A stretch of DNA of 64,000 nucleotides. It comes from Trypanosoma brucei (taxonomy: Eukaryota). Every line of letters begins with the position of its first letter. The first letter of the stretch is position 1. The DNA is taken from NCBI GenBank assembly GCA_000002445.1, contig CP000071.1, forward strand, positions 2,417,191 to 2,481,190. The letters are read 5' to 3'. Positions 1-11,652 of the stretch are shown piece by piece. Position numbers and translations under genes: made by a program. The notes under the pieces are model-generated. The model was not told the origin of the DNA. It ran no database searches and was given only the letters and a program-made list of their open reading frames with translations.

Positions 1-1692
1 AAATGTGGGAACGGGCCCAAAGATGGCACTACCATCCACAGCGGTCCCGGTGGTAGGGAAAAAAAAGGTGAAAAGGGTAATATCAAAAGTAACAACGATA
101 ATAAGGGGGGTAATATTAATGACACCAAGCAAAACTATACGGTGGGCCATGTGTTTTCTGGACTTACAACTAGGCAGCTATTCCGTGTATTACGAGTACT
201 TCGAAAGGAATGCTGGTGCAACGATGTCTCTACCGTTTACGACTTTGTCGACAAGGCTCTAAAAAATATTGCCTTTGAGGTGGAGGCTATTGGATCATGT
301 GAAGCCACTTCTCAAAAGCGCCCAATGTCAAGGCAAACAATCACCCAGCGCGTAAAAAAATCAGCGGACCTCACTCCGAAGGAGTTGCTCTCGCTGTTGA
401 GCATCGCGGGCGAACTGGGTGTTGACTTCCATGCATCACTTGCGAGGACATCGGACTTTCTCCTGGCGCCAATGGTACATTATTTGGACCGCGAGGAGTT
501 GTTACAGTTGTCTTTATTTGTTCGAAAGACACGCTGTGATTCACTAACGCTCGTACAATCGATAGCAGATGAAATTGTACGGCGTGGGGTGAATTATCCA
601 CTTTCGGTTAGTCTGAGCAAGGCGGCCCTGCGCACGGCGCTTCAGAAGCCAGTTCTGCTTTCACAACTTACCCTCACACCACTTGTTGATCATGTCATAT
701 CTTTATGCAGGACGTACGGCTGGTATATGCGAGCGTCGCAGCTGCTTGGTTGGGCGGAAGTGTTATATGATCTTTCTCGTCGCTACGCTCCATCGTCATC
801 TGTTGGCGTCAACGTACGTTCGTGTGTAGAAGCACTCGCAGCGCCGTTGCGTGCTATGCTTGAGGCGGGCGTGGTGCCGATGCCCGTCGTTTCCCGCTTC
901 ATTGAGCTCACGGTTATTCTCGGCATGCGCGCAAAGCCACATCAATATACGCAATCTATCAAACTGTGGGAGGAGCGCAATGCTGCGGCGAACGCGCGTA
1001 TAACTTTTGCGAAGAGTGTCTTGAATAAAGAGAGTGACATGTTGATTCCGATGTCGGAGCTCCTGTACGACGCAGCGGAATTGGAGGATTCTGGTGAGGT
1101 GGGCGAGGTAACCTCCCGTCCTACTGCTGAGCTGTGCAGAGCAGCGCGTCAGGTGTATGATGAGCTAATTTACTTGTTTGAGATGCAGATGATCATGCGC
1201 TCGCCGATTACACAAAAGGAGGAGGATCGGCTGAATGACACGTTTAGTCACGTCGGGTTGTACAACATTGTTGTTGGTGCCAGAGCCATGTGGCGGGTAC
1301 ATCTTCAGCCTTCTTCTTTTCCTTCAGCCAATGCCTCTTGTGTTGAGGGCGTCGTTCCATTGAGTTCGCCTCACCGTATTTCCTCTACACCGCCTCGAGC
1401 ACTACCTGTGTGGGTGGAGCGACGCATTAACGCTACCATCGAGGGCCGCATAAGGCGGGCGAATATAAGCCCCACCTCAACCGACGAGGATGTGCTCCGT
1501 TTGTTCGGGCAACGCCACTGTAACGCAGCAAAAGTGCGTCACTTCATGCAACTGCTAATGGAGGAGTCGTCGTTGGTTCTGGTTAAGCAGCAGCGTTTCG
1601 TCTGGATTTTTACGGCGGAACTGGCGCGCCGATTTGGTGGGGGACAGGAGCAGCAAATGGCGCAGAAGATGTTAGCGAAGGTATTTTGTTAG
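1..1692 (+). CDS. Hypothetical protein, probably 5'-truncated by the window edge. If not, the first ATG is at 325; the track start at 142 is a GTG.
   Basis: Frame 1 is open from nt 1 to the TAG at 1690-1692 with no stop upstream of the track start. The track start at 142 is GTG, not ATG. The Leu-rich helical-repeat content resembles FASTK/RAP-type organellar proteins, but only weakly. Confidence 0.5.
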   Translation, partial: KCGNGPKDGTTIHSGPGGREKKGEKGNIKSNNDNKGGNINDTKQNYTVGHVFSGLTTRQLFRVLRVLRKECWCNDVSTVYDFVDKALKNIAFEVEAIGSCEATSQKRPMSRQTITQRVKKSADLTPKELLSLLSIAGELGVDFHASLARTSDFLLAPMVHYLDREELLQLSLFVRKTRCDSLTLVQSIADEIVRRGVNYPLSVSLSKAALRTALQKPVLLSQLTLTPLVDHVISLCRTYGWYMRASQLLGWAEVLYDLSRRYAPSSSVGVNVRSCVEALAAPLRAMLEAGVVPMPVVSRFIELTVILGMRAKPHQYTQSIKLWEERNAAANARITFAKSVLNKESDMLIPMSELLYDAAELEDSGEVGEVTSRPTAELCRAARQVYDELIYLFEMQMIMRSPITQKEEDRLNDTFSHVGLYNIVVGARAMWRVHLQPSSFPSANASCVEGVVPLSSPHRISSTPPRALPVWVERRINATIEGRIRRANISPTSTDEDVLRLFGQRHCNAAKVRHFMQLLMEESSLVLVKQQRFVWIFTAELARRFGGGQEQQMAQKMLAKVFC

Positions 1693-2276
1693 TCCGAAAG
1701 GCTGGATGAGCAACTAAAGAGGCAAATTAAGGAGCCTCAAAGGTACTGGACCGTGGGTAATGCGTGCATAACTGGAGCTAGTTGTGCAGTTGAGGAGGGT
1801 ATTTGGTGGGATTTTGCGTGATCTATGTGTCACATCAACCACGCAGATGCGGATTGCTCCTTTTCAGTTTTGCCACTTATCTAACAAGTTAATTCGCTTT
1901 TAAGCGCATTGGTGTGTGGCAGCCGGCAGTAGGCTGAGGCCAGGTGAAACTAATCCGCGAAGTGAAGTTTGAAGTAAACATCATCGCACGAAATGATGAC
2001 TTGGGACATGGCCGCAGCTCGTTACGTACACAACATGAAGGGGAGCTGTGTGGTCCAGTTTATGCCTTCGCAGTTCCTTTTTCTCTGTTCGCAGATGTCT
2101 GCATTTACTGATTTCTGAGTTTTATGCTCGCACTGAGGGGGGTTGTTAAGCGTACTGCATGATTTCTTTTCGTCGATGTGTCACTCACACCAGTCGCGTA
2201 GTTTGCGTTATTCTGTTTGGGACACACGTTATTATTTTATTTTATTTTTTACACCAATAAAAAACATTGGGGGTAT

Positions 2277-2316
2277 ACTCTCTCTCCCTTCACTTCTCCT
2301 CATTATGTGTTTGTAG
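2277..2316 (+). promoter_or_regulatory. Putative spliced-leader acceptor: polypyrimidine tract plus AG, upstream of the 2340 CDS.
   Basis: A CT-rich tract (ctctctctcccttcacttctcct) is followed by ttgtAG at 2315-2316, 24 nt upstream of the first ATG at 2340. This is the standard kinetoplastid trans-splicing signal architecture. Confidence 0.35.
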
Positions 2317-2339
2317 GTCAAGTCAATAAAATTAGCTTG

Positions 2340-5144
2340 ATGTACCGTCTTTATCGTCGGACTGTAGGTTATCAGTCGCTACACCAGAGGTTGTCAGCGT
2401 GCCACGTTATGTGTCGCCACGTCTCTACGGATAACAGCGATGGCACAACACCACCCAAACCGCGACGCAGCGGCATCAGGCGGGTTGTCCCTTCTGATGA
2501 GGAAATGGCGGAACTGCACGATCTCGAGCAGGAGGTGGCATCCACAACTTCCTCTCGGTCGAAGCAGTCGGCGCTCTCTGGTGTCATGGTGGAACCCATG
2601 CGCTTCTCCACTTCCGGTGGCTCGGGAATGGAAGGCGATGGGGACGATTTAGGGGAGTTAGAAGCCGAAGGGGACGAAGAGGGTGTAGGAACAAATTCGT
2701 TGGCTGAAGCGGAAAACGTATACAAAAGACACAATGATGGAGGTGCGCTGGAGAAGCAGGGCTTAGCGATCCCTCCATCAGGGAAACCGACAGACCCGCT
2801 GCTGGCCAACAGGGACGATGAAGGAGAAGGGGGCGCGGTGCCTTTGTCACAGGCGGAGGAAATGACGGTGAGTCGCAGCACACTTGAACGACAAGCTTGT
2901 GTGCGCTCGCTTTCCCTAGAGGAGTTGGTGGAGGCTGTGACTCTTTACCTGCGTGCGACGAAGAACCCACGGCTGGTGTCCGCCGATGAGGAACATATCT
3001 TTTTTCCTGTTCTCATGGAGCGTCTGAATGAATTCCACGTCAGCCAGTTGCTGGATGTTGTGGAATGCCACTGGGCCCGTTCCACACTTGTGCGGTACGG
3101 TACAACCTTCAAGGATATGGTTCGTGACAGAATTGCACTTATCGCAACCGCGGCGGCAAAGAGCGCCTCCAAGCGGCCGGCGGCTGCGGGGAAGAGTGGT
3201 AATGATAACAGGGATGGTGGTGCCGTGGAGGAGGAAGCTGATGATTATGATGAACAAGGAGATGCAGTGTACGTGCACGAGGCAGAGGAGAAAACTTCAG
3301 ACCTTATCATCCTTCGTGCGGCCGAGGAAATGTCACCCGAGACGGTGCTGCGGTGCATCATTGTTATGGGCATGAGTGCTGGCCGTAGAAAGCGGGACCT
3401 GCAATTCTTTCAGGCGATGGGCATGTTTTTAGTTCACCACATTAATCACTACAAAGATCCACATGAATTGGTGCGTGTGCTCACGGCTTTTGCTCGCGCT
3501 AAGATCGTTCCACCTAAACGTTTCCTGGCGCTCTTAGGTCGGCGTTTTGCTGTGCTCAACAAACGGAAAAAGTTAGGCTCATTGCCTAGTTACCGAGCGT
3601 TCGTTAACCTTTACAAAATGGGCCACGATCAGATGAACACTTTTCGGTTTCTTGCGGACTGCATTTTGGAGACAATTGATTCCAACATTAAAGCGGAGAA
3701 GAAACGGCTGCGCTTGGCCCAACTTCAAAGCAGCTCTAACATTACCGCCGCTACGACCAACGAAAACGGTGCGACTAATGAGAGCGGATGCGGTGGCTCC
3801 ACAAGTAGTTCTAACCCAACTGTAACTAATATTACTGGCGCGGGGGATTTAAAGGCAACACACACATCTGAAGGAGCTTCCGACGTTGCATTCATCGGGG
3901 ATTTGGACCCGCATCTGCTACAGAACCTGAGAGCACGGGAGCGGTTCAAGAGGCTAACGGAACTAAAACCGTCAATGTTTACCAAGCTTCTCCTTGTTCT
4001 TGCACGCTTTGGCGCACCGCATCAACAGTACTTACGACCCACAACTGTGCCGCTCATTCTTCCCACATTGCGGGCCTTCCCACCACCGAGTTTTACACGT
4101 TTACTTCGCGCCATGTCTCTCTTCAGGACGACGGATTTGGACCTCATCGAACCTGTCATCGACTTCATGGCCGATAGCCTTGGTCCAACAAATGTTGTAC
4201 CCGCAGATGTGCTGCAAATGGTCCGCCTGGTGGCGCCGCCTGACGTACCGGTACCCCGCAACCTTGTAAAGCTCATATCGTTATGTGAGGCAGTGTACTC
4301 CAGCTCGGCCTCGTTCAGCCACTCTGATGGGAAAAGTAGCGATAGCGCTGATGCCGCTGCGTGTGCAATGACCACGTTATCCCCAATACGACCTGGGGAT
4401 ATGTGTGCCGTTGCAGTTGTTTTATTAAAGATTCAAATGAAGGACGATGTGCCACTTGAGGCGTTGGACCCACTCACCCGCTTGATGGAATTCTTTGCAG
4501 AGCGAATGTACCTTCTAATGAAGTTACATATCGTTTCATTGACGCACGTTGACGTCTTCACGGATCTTTGCCGACAGCAACAACATCCGGACGTGTCGGG
4601 GCATATTGAACGGCTTTGTGCTGAACGGCGTCGTGTAAATGATGCAGAAGGTGATGACGAATATTACAGCCAGTTGGACATTGATGTGCGCGAAACCCTT
4701 CACCGCATCCTTATCGTAAACGACTATAACACCTACGGTCAGTACCGCCCCACACCTGGCGTTCTGCAAGTGGACTTCAAGCAGGCACTAACAGAAGTTA
4801 GTGCTTTCGATGTGCTTGAGGCGGCAGACCTTTTCGCTCAAGCTTTCTCCAATGCTCTAAAGCCAGCTGTGGAACGGCATCTCAGCAGAAGTATTATCGC
4901 TAAGCTGGACGGTGGTGGGGAGGAGGTCATTACGGAGGGGAACAGCATTGTCCTTCGGCCTCCGCGCGAATTACTGCTTACGCGTGAAGATCTTGGGAAG
5001 TTTGTGTGCTTGCTTCAACGGACACCGCTGAGGCGGGTGCGGGCATCGCCAGTTGTGTGGCGATTTGTTGAAGAAAAAGCGAAGAAACTGGGGATGGATG
5101 ATGTACTGAGGGTGGTCGAGAATAAACTGGCCACAGCAGTTTAG
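2340..5144 (+). CDS. Hypothetical protein (934 aa) with a probable mitochondrial-type presequence at the N-terminus (MYRLYRRTVGYQSLHQRL...). The middle has acidic low-complexity segments and the C-terminal half has Leu-rich helical repeats.
   Basis: Long ORF ending TAG at 5142-5144. The track start at 2217 is TTG and lies inside a polyY tract. The first ATG is at 2340, directly downstream of the polyY+AG. The N-terminus is Arg/Ser/Tyr-rich and amphipathic with no acidic residues. Confidence 0.6.
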   Translation: MYRLYRRTVGYQSLHQRLSACHVMCRHVSTDNSDGTTPPKPRRSGIRRVVPSDEEMAELHDLEQEVASTTSSRSKQSALSGVMVEPMRFSTSGGSGMEGDGDDLGELEAEGDEEGVGTNSLAEAENVYKRHNDGGALEKQGLAIPPSGKPTDPLLANRDDEGEGGAVPLSQAEEMTVSRSTLERQACVRSLSLEELVEAVTLYLRATKNPRLVSADEEHIFFPVLMERLNEFHVSQLLDVVECHWARSTLVRYGTTFKDMVRDRIALIATAAAKSASKRPAAAGKSGNDNRDGGAVEEEADDYDEQGDAVYVHEAEEKTSDLIILRAAEEMSPETVLRCIIVMGMSAGRRKRDLQFFQAMGMFLVHHINHYKDPHELVRVLTAFARAKIVPPKRFLALLGRRFAVLNKRKKLGSLPSYRAFVNLYKMGHDQMNTFRFLADCILETIDSNIKAEKKRLRLAQLQSSSNITAATTNENGATNESGCGGSTSSSNPTVTNITGAGDLKATHTSEGASDVAFIGDLDPHLLQNLRARERFKRLTELKPSMFTKLLLVLARFGAPHQQYLRPTTVPLILPTLRAFPPPSFTRLLRAMSLFRTTDLDLIEPVIDFMADSLGPTNVVPADVLQMVRLVAPPDVPVPRNLVKLISLCEAVYSSSASFSHSDGKSSDSADAAACAMTTLSPIRPGDMCAVAVVLLKIQMKDDVPLEALDPLTRLMEFFAERMYLLMKLHIVSLTHVDVFTDLCRQQQHPDVSGHIERLCAERRRVNDAEGDDEYYSQLDIDVRETLHRILIVNDYNTYGQYRPTPGVLQVDFKQALTEVSAFDVLEAADLFAQAFSNALKPAVERHLSRSIIAKLDGGGEEVITEGNSIVLRPPRELLLTREDLGKFVCLLQRTPLRRVRASPVVWRFVEEKAKKLGMDDVLRVVENKLATAV

Positions 5145-5772
5145 CATGAACTCTTTTTGATACCAGAGGCTGTGATCCTCTGAGGGGAGGGGTAATTTAA
5201 TTATTCACACAAACTGCAGTGGGATGTGCCGCGAGTTGTTGTTTGGGTGAGGAGCGGCACACGGGGAGAGCAGTGGAAAAAGAAGGCAACTGCAATGAGG
5301 AAGCAAGTCAGATGTCTTTCCTGTGCTTTGGTAAGGTTTCAACAAGGCCGGAGGTCACTGTGAAACATCGTGTTATGTTTTTTTTTTTTGAGATTTGCTC
5401 ATTTGTTGCCTCGTCATTTTTTCTTTTTTGCTCGTAACACACCCCTAAAGCAGACGCTTACCGCTAAAACAACATCTCCGATGATACACACATGGTGGTC
5501 ACACAGATGAATTTCTTACCTATGCATCCAATCACAGTACCGGCTTCAGCGGGACGTGTTTTTCGTACATTCGTGCTTTGGGTACCAGCAGGGATGCATC
5601 CCGGAGTAAACTTTTAAACGGTTGTTCATCGCGCACAGTGTTTCTTTGGTATCATTGTTTCTAATGTATTTCTAATCCCTACCCGTTGTGTGTGTAGTAG
5701 TATGGGTCAAAACAGTCAAAAACTTTTGTAAAGGAAGAGAAAGGACATACATACCTTTGTTTAGGGTGCGCA

Positions 5773-7761
5773 ATGACTGCAGTTAAGGAGCCTCGGGTAG
5801 ATTTTGAACTGCACAACTCTTCCATAGCGCGTGACGACGCCTGCCTCCAGTGGCTTTTCTCACGATACCGCGCACACACATCAACTACGTTACCGTCAAG
5901 GAGTGACACCAGTGCTGCACCAACAACAAAGGGGAATGATAACATTAAAAACGCTACAGAAGCACTGTTAGTTCAATTGGAGAATGACGTTACCGCCTGC
6001 AAGGCTCTCCGCTGGGAGAAATTCAGGTACAGCTCACCAATATATGAGGCAGCATCACCAACTTACCCACTGCGAAGGGGCTCCACAATTGAAACGGTTG
6101 TTGAGGAGGTTGAAGATTCCGCTGCCACTACCGGAACAGTGGGGAAACCGCATCGCGTTCTCCGCGTAAAACTTCAGGAATCCTCTCCCAAACATGATCA
6201 TGAAGCTCGCGTCAGGAGCGTGCAGGAGGAGCCATCCCGCCACGTATTCGCTGAGATGTTGAGGAAGAAGAATAGGGAGAACCTTGTAAGGAGCATTGAA
6301 GAAGCGGAAGCCGCTCGTGGCCACAACGGACACTCGGGATGGTTGCGACCGTATTTTGGTGGTTATTTCCACATGCCGCTTCCCCGCGGCCCCACAAGGT
6401 TCCTCGTTTTCCCACAGTGGCACCACGACGTCACTGTCGCAACTGAGAAGCAGCAATGGTTTCCATACTTCCTGCGTGGGAGTTGTTATCAAAAGGTCCC
6501 ACATGCACGTGTCCCTATTGTTGGCGACGCTGTTGGCCCACTCCGCATGCCGTGGAATGACTTAGTTCTGGCTGTGTCTTTTGCGCGAGAATTCCCGAGA
6601 GAACTCTCCGAGGACTTTGGGGATCGGGTGAGGTTGTGGCGGGATGTTGATGCCATTTACTTGGATGGGCACGCCAATCAAGTGCGTACTGAGCGCCTGG
6701 TGCTCTGCAAGACACGTAGCAAGTCACCAGAAATGAGCCATCTGTCTGCAGGTGAGACTGCAGTAGTTGGCATGACAGAAGAGGCGGAGGCCGAGGGGAA
6801 GGAGACGGAGACGGAAATCATTACCACAAAACTTCGTGAGTCGGGGTTTCGTGCGTCACTGCAATTTCGCAACCCACGTTACTCACTCACCGTGAAGGGT
6901 ACCACTTGTATCCCAGAGAGGGCACCGAATCAAAGAATTACTTCATTGTTAGTGCTGGATGAGTATGACAGCTTTGTTCAGCACTTCACGTCCCCATTTT
7001 TGCGTTGGCTTTTTCCACGTGCAACGTACTGTTTGCGGTGGGCTGGTGGTCCCGGCGTGGACTTCAATAGCGATGAGCGTTCATTGACATTCTTCGGTAA
7101 ACTGTGGTCGGAGTGGTGGGTTGAGCTGCCACTCCGCGCGGACCGTTTCTTTCTTCGGCTTCGAAACAAATCATCCCTCGTGCAGCCGCTTACCGCTGGG
7201 CAGTGGAAGCAAACATTTTCGGACGTCCAAGTCAACGGAAGCCATGGGAACCACGCGGTCAGGAGCGGAGAACACTCTTTATTTTGGGCTACGCAAGGCC
7301 CGGTGTGGGATGCGGGTCTCATACGCGGATTCCGTGACATATATCCGGGTATGCACTACGCCTCGAGGTGGTATACGGTGCTCTCCATGGAATTGGGCTT
7401 CGGCGGCAAGTTGCGGGACGAATCCAAAATGCTCGTTGACGGAGCGTCTCAAACCGGTTGGAGAAAACCAGGTGGAATGATTTATGCGAACGCCTGTTTG
7501 ATGGACTCCTTCAAGAACCCACCGCGAGCATCTATGGGATTCTCCTTGACTAGCGGGCCACGTGCCAAAGAGGACGCCTTCAACACCCTTGCGCCCTCGT
7601 CCTTTGAGTGTAATTTTAACTGGTGGTTGAAGTTTGGTAGGGACGGTATGAAACTTTTGTCAGGTCTTGTTGAGGGTCAGTCGGTCGATAAAGCCGTATT
7701 GCGACCCTCGGCAACGGAGGCGTTTCACCATCTTCGCTGCGGGCTGACGTGGAACTTATGA
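5773..7761 (+). CDS. Hypothetical protein (662 aa).
   Basis: ATG-initiated 1989-nt ORF on the same strand as its neighbours. No recognisable domain by eye. Antisense ORFs overlapping it are short. Confidence 0.55.
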   Translation: MTAVKEPRVDFELHNSSIARDDACLQWLFSRYRAHTSTTLPSRSDTSAAPTTKGNDNIKNATEALLVQLENDVTACKALRWEKFRYSSPIYEAASPTYPLRRGSTIETVVEEVEDSAATTGTVGKPHRVLRVKLQESSPKHDHEARVRSVQEEPSRHVFAEMLRKKNRENLVRSIEEAEAARGHNGHSGWLRPYFGGYFHMPLPRGPTRFLVFPQWHHDVTVATEKQQWFPYFLRGSCYQKVPHARVPIVGDAVGPLRMPWNDLVLAVSFAREFPRELSEDFGDRVRLWRDVDAIYLDGHANQVRTERLVLCKTRSKSPEMSHLSAGETAVVGMTEEAEAEGKETETEIITTKLRESGFRASLQFRNPRYSLTVKGTTCIPERAPNQRITSLLVLDEYDSFVQHFTSPFLRWLFPRATYCLRWAGGPGVDFNSDERSLTFFGKLWSEWWVELPLRADRFFLRLRNKSSLVQPLTAGQWKQTFSDVQVNGSHGNHAVRSGEHSLFWATQGPVWDAGLIRGFRDIYPGMHYASRWYTVLSMELGFGGKLRDESKMLVDGASQTGWRKPGGMIYANACLMDSFKNPPRASMGFSLTSGPRAKEDAFNTLAPSSFECNFNWWLKFGRDGMKLLSGLVEGQSVDKAVLRPSATEAFHHLRCGLTWNL

Positions 7762-9081
7762 CAATCTCAGCGTATCATTTGTTTGTTTACATGCTCATTT
7801 TGTCCCCCTCTTCGTTTTTATTTTTTCCGCTCCGGCAAGACGTCTACACAGTGTATTATTACTCAAGTGTACTGCTAGGCGGAGAGAGTAAGGCTGCACG
7901 GTTGAGAGTGAGTTGGTGTGTGTTGTGTCCCCTGGCGATGGCGTCCGGTCTTCGGCAGCAACGATTTCAATGAAGACACAAAGAAAATACGAACAAGAAA
8001 AAAAAGTGTTACGCTACTTCTGTGCTGACTGCAACTCCCCATTCAGTAGTGGTGTTTTGGCTCCACACGTTATGTATTTGAGTTGCTGTTGAAGGTGCCG
8101 GGACCCAAACCGTCCTCCTATCACATCTTATTTTTAACATTCTTCCTTGGCAATTCCCTGCGTTGGTATGTCTTCCCGCGCATTTATTTCGGACCTGTTT
8201 GGGTTGGTGTCGAATTTGGTTTGGCATCAGCGGCTGTGGGGGAGGGAGAGGTACGAGTGCTAATTGGAACAGGGCGAATGACCTATGTGAAGGATACCAA
8301 AATAATGCAAAAAATAGCAGCGGTTCATGTCCCTTTCTTTTCCGGCTGTAATCCTTAGTTTCTTTTTCGGTGTATCTGCGATTAACCTTGTCTTTTTTTT
8401 TTACGCTGATTTGCACGGGCATGCTTCGCCGAGCTGTGTGTTACGTGTGCCACGTGATGGTACTGTAATTCTGTCGCAGGGGTAAACGTGCAACGAACGG
8501 AACTCTGGTGAGTATTTTCTCGTGTTTTTTTTTTCACTGGCGCGGGGGTTTTGAGTTGCCACACACCTCCTCGTCTGGCTGTTGAAGGGGAGTTGTGCCT
8601 TCAGTGTACTTTCTGCATTACGACCAACTGGTGATTGGAAATCATACATGTTTTGTTAAGAACTGCACATTTTGCACTCCTTCCCGGCCTATCATGTGGT
8701 GACACACATATACATGCATAAAGAGGGATAAACAAAGAAACTTCAACGATTCGCCTGAGCGGCCGGTATCCAATTGCCGTTTTGTTCATCTCTTTGAAAC
8801 TACGCACCATTGTTGTTGTTTTTCCCCCTCCTCTTCCCAATGGACCAAACGCGCATCGGTTCTTCACTATCGTCACGAGCAAATTCCTGGATTCACACAT
8901 ATTCCCCGTTGTGGTGTTCTCCTGTGTGAGGTGCAGCGGCGATCACCGTTCCGCATCACTTTTTTTCTGAATTTAACCCCATTGTTTTCACTTCTATCGC
9001 TGGTTTCTCAAACAATTCACAAACTTGTTTTTCGTCCTTGCAACACTTTTTAAATTAGAAAATAATAATACATACATAGGT

Positions 9082-11652
9082 ATGAATCTTGAGGTCGTGG
9101 ATGCCACGGCTGAAGCACTGCCGCTGGAGTTGCTGAATGCGGTTAACAAGGAGCTTACTGCGCAACTCTCACGCCATGAAGAAATACATGACGGACACGT
9201 TCGGGAAGTTCAGGACCAGCGGCGCCGTCTGGAGTTTGTGAAAGAACACCTGGGCAATGTGCGTGGCGAAATTGTAAATACGCAAGCCCTAGCTGACAGT
9301 AAAAAGCGCGAAATGGAGTCCGAGTTGCACATGTACCGGTTGCTGCTTCGTGAGTGCGGTAGACTCAAGCAGAGACAGACGCAAATGCAGGCGGAGCAGG
9401 CAGATGTGCAAGAGAGGCTGCAGGTCGTGCAGGACCGCTTATTCACGGAGAACCTCCGCATGGCGGAGCTGAAGAATTCTATGGCGTACAATCAGGAGGC
9501 GCTTGAGCAGTGGGACGCGGCACGCCAACAAAAGGAGTCGGATGAAGCGGCTGTTGCGCGGTATGCGAAAGATGATGCGGTAAAGTTACGCCAACTCGAC
9601 AATGCAGTTGAGCGGCATGAGGCGCAGTTGCGGGAGCGACGAAGACAACTTCAGGACGAGGTCGCAGTTATGTACAGTGTGCAGTTGGAACTTAATCGCG
9701 TGGCGACGGACTACCGGCGCCAACACAAAGAGCGCGGTGACTTAATCAATGAGTGGGAGCGCGTTGTGAAGGAGATCCGCGAGCGTGACAATTCCATCCG
9801 AGCAGCAGCCCAGCAGTACGCGGAAGGGGCTGAATGGATTGAGCAGCGGCGCGTAGCACTGAAAAAGTTGCACGATGACTACGACGCTGCGCGTGCGGAG
9901 GAGGCACTCATGCAAGCGGGCATTGAGGAGCGCGAGCACCGTGCGGAGAAGAGCCGCCAAACCCGATCATCACTGGAAACGCATGTCACTGGATTGGAGA
10001 ATGAGGTGGAAACAATACGAGAGGAACTTGGACGCTCCATAAAGGAGCGCAACAACGCCCGTATCCGTTTGGAGCAGTCAAAGGCGGCAGTGCGCGACAA
10101 AACAGCAGCTCACCAGCGTCTCACGGCTAAAAGGGATGACTTGAAAGAACAGAAGAGTAGCGTGTACAGTAAGGGAGCGGATCTTTCGACGCAGTTGGCC
10201 ACGATCGGCAGGCTCTTCAAGGAGGCGCAGGATGCTGAAAAGCAGATGGATAAGGAGACTGAAATGTTGAAGAAAGAAAATTTTACGATGAGTGAGAGGC
10301 TCAAAGAAGTGCGCCGGGAACAATCAGATCTTCTCGCGGAGATAAGTGGTGGGCAGCTGCAGGCTCAGAATCTGAGGACCAAAATCGGGCAACTCGACGG
10401 CCAGTACTTCGCGCAACAGCAGGTGCTTTACGGTGTAGAGTTTTCCGTTCAGCAGATGCAGCGGAAAGTTAACCGCGCCAAGGGTGAGCGGTCTTTGGAT
10501 GAGCGCAACAAGCTGCATGAAAAAATAGCAGCTTTGCAGAATACATTGAACGATTTAACAAAGCAGCAGCGCGCGATGGAGACTCAGGTTAAGCGTGTGC
10601 GCGAAGAAACGTGGCACGCAAATGTCGAGTTGGAACGGCTTACTTCAGAGAAGAAGGTCGCGGGGGAGAAGTTGTTGCAGCTGAGTCTAGGTTGCGACAG
10701 CTGCACTGCCGAACTGACAAAGCTTCGCAAACAACACGAAGAGAAGTTGGTGCTTGTTGACACTCAAGAGCTGCAATTACAGGATCTGAAGCGCACATTG
10801 CATCAGCGGAATGGTGAGCTCGGTACTCTCGCCGAGCGGAAGCGACAGTTAACATGTGATATCGCGGAGCGGCTTTCTGAGATTGCCGTGCATCATGATA
10901 TGATGAAGATGGAGGCTAAACTCGTAGAGGAGCAGCGGCGGCGTCTTGTGTCAGATTTGCGTGAGAGGCAAAAGGCGCTTGTCGGCCTTCGCAACCGTTA
11001 CGACGTTCAGCTCGTGCGTCTTGATCCTGAGAAGGCAAATTGGACTCCAGCGCAAGTTGTTATGGAGGCAGCGCGCGAGCGGGAGGATTTGCAATTGCGT
11101 GGTGACACCTTAGATGCCCGCGTGAGCCGAATGGAACGGGAGATGGCAAAGTTAAAGCGGACACTAGATGTCATTCGCGCGAGCAATTCGAACTACCGCC
11201 ACATGTTTGACCCCGTGCCGGAGAGTCACGACATGGTAAAAATGCGCATAGCACTCCAACAGCAGCAACGAGACTTAAAGGCAGCTGTGAGTCGACGCGT
11301 GATGGAGCTGAATGATTACCAGCAGGTAATGGAAAGCAAGGAGCAAGACCTCCGGCAGACACTGGAAAAAAAGGAGAGGGCGCGAGCTACCGTAGAAAAC
11401 CTGCAGCAAGCATGCGAGCAGGTACATGAAGGGATTATGCAAGCCCGGGAGACAGTTATTCGCTACACCCAAACCATACAGAAGGCAAGCGCCAATGTAG
11501 CACCGGAGGTTGTGGCAGATGTCGAACTCCAGGAGAACCGGGAGATGTTCAACAGTGCGTTGGGTCGTTTGCTGCAGTTGGCACAACAGCATGGTGATGA
11601 AGTTCGCCACCATGTGCAGACCTTGCTGGCCAGTCGTTTTGTAGTTGAGTAG
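9082..11652 (+). CDS. Coiled-coil protein (about 856 aa), likely a cytoskeletal or flagellar structural protein.
   Basis: The track start at 9025 is TTG and the first ATG is at 9082 (MNLEVVDATAEAL...). Sequence composition is heptad-like and rich in E/R/Q/L/K along the full length (e.g. ELGRSIKERNNARIRLEQSKAAVRDK). Confidence 0.65.
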   Translation: MNLEVVDATAEALPLELLNAVNKELTAQLSRHEEIHDGHVREVQDQRRRLEFVKEHLGNVRGEIVNTQALADSKKREMESELHMYRLLLRECGRLKQRQTQMQAEQADVQERLQVVQDRLFTENLRMAELKNSMAYNQEALEQWDAARQQKESDEAAVARYAKDDAVKLRQLDNAVERHEAQLRERRRQLQDEVAVMYSVQLELNRVATDYRRQHKERGDLINEWERVVKEIRERDNSIRAAAQQYAEGAEWIEQRRVALKKLHDDYDAARAEEALMQAGIEEREHRAEKSRQTRSSLETHVTGLENEVETIREELGRSIKERNNARIRLEQSKAAVRDKTAAHQRLTAKRDDLKEQKSSVYSKGADLSTQLATIGRLFKEAQDAEKQMDKETEMLKKENFTMSERLKEVRREQSDLLAEISGGQLQAQNLRTKIGQLDGQYFAQQQVLYGVEFSVQQMQRKVNRAKGERSLDERNKLHEKIAALQNTLNDLTKQQRAMETQVKRVREETWHANVELERLTSEKKVAGEKLLQLSLGCDSCTAELTKLRKQHEEKLVLVDTQELQLQDLKRTLHQRNGELGTLAERKRQLTCDIAERLSEIAVHHDMMKMEAKLVEEQRRRLVSDLRERQKALVGLRNRYDVQLVRLDPEKANWTPAQVVMEAAREREDLQLRGDTLDARVSRMEREMAKLKRTLDVIRASNSNYRHMFDPVPESHDMVKMRIALQQQQRDLKAAVSRRVMELNDYQQVMESKEQDLRQTLEKKERARATVENLQQACEQVHEGIMQARETVIRYTQTIQKASANVAPEVVADVELQENREMFNSALGRLLQLAQQHGDEVRHHVQTLLASRFVVE

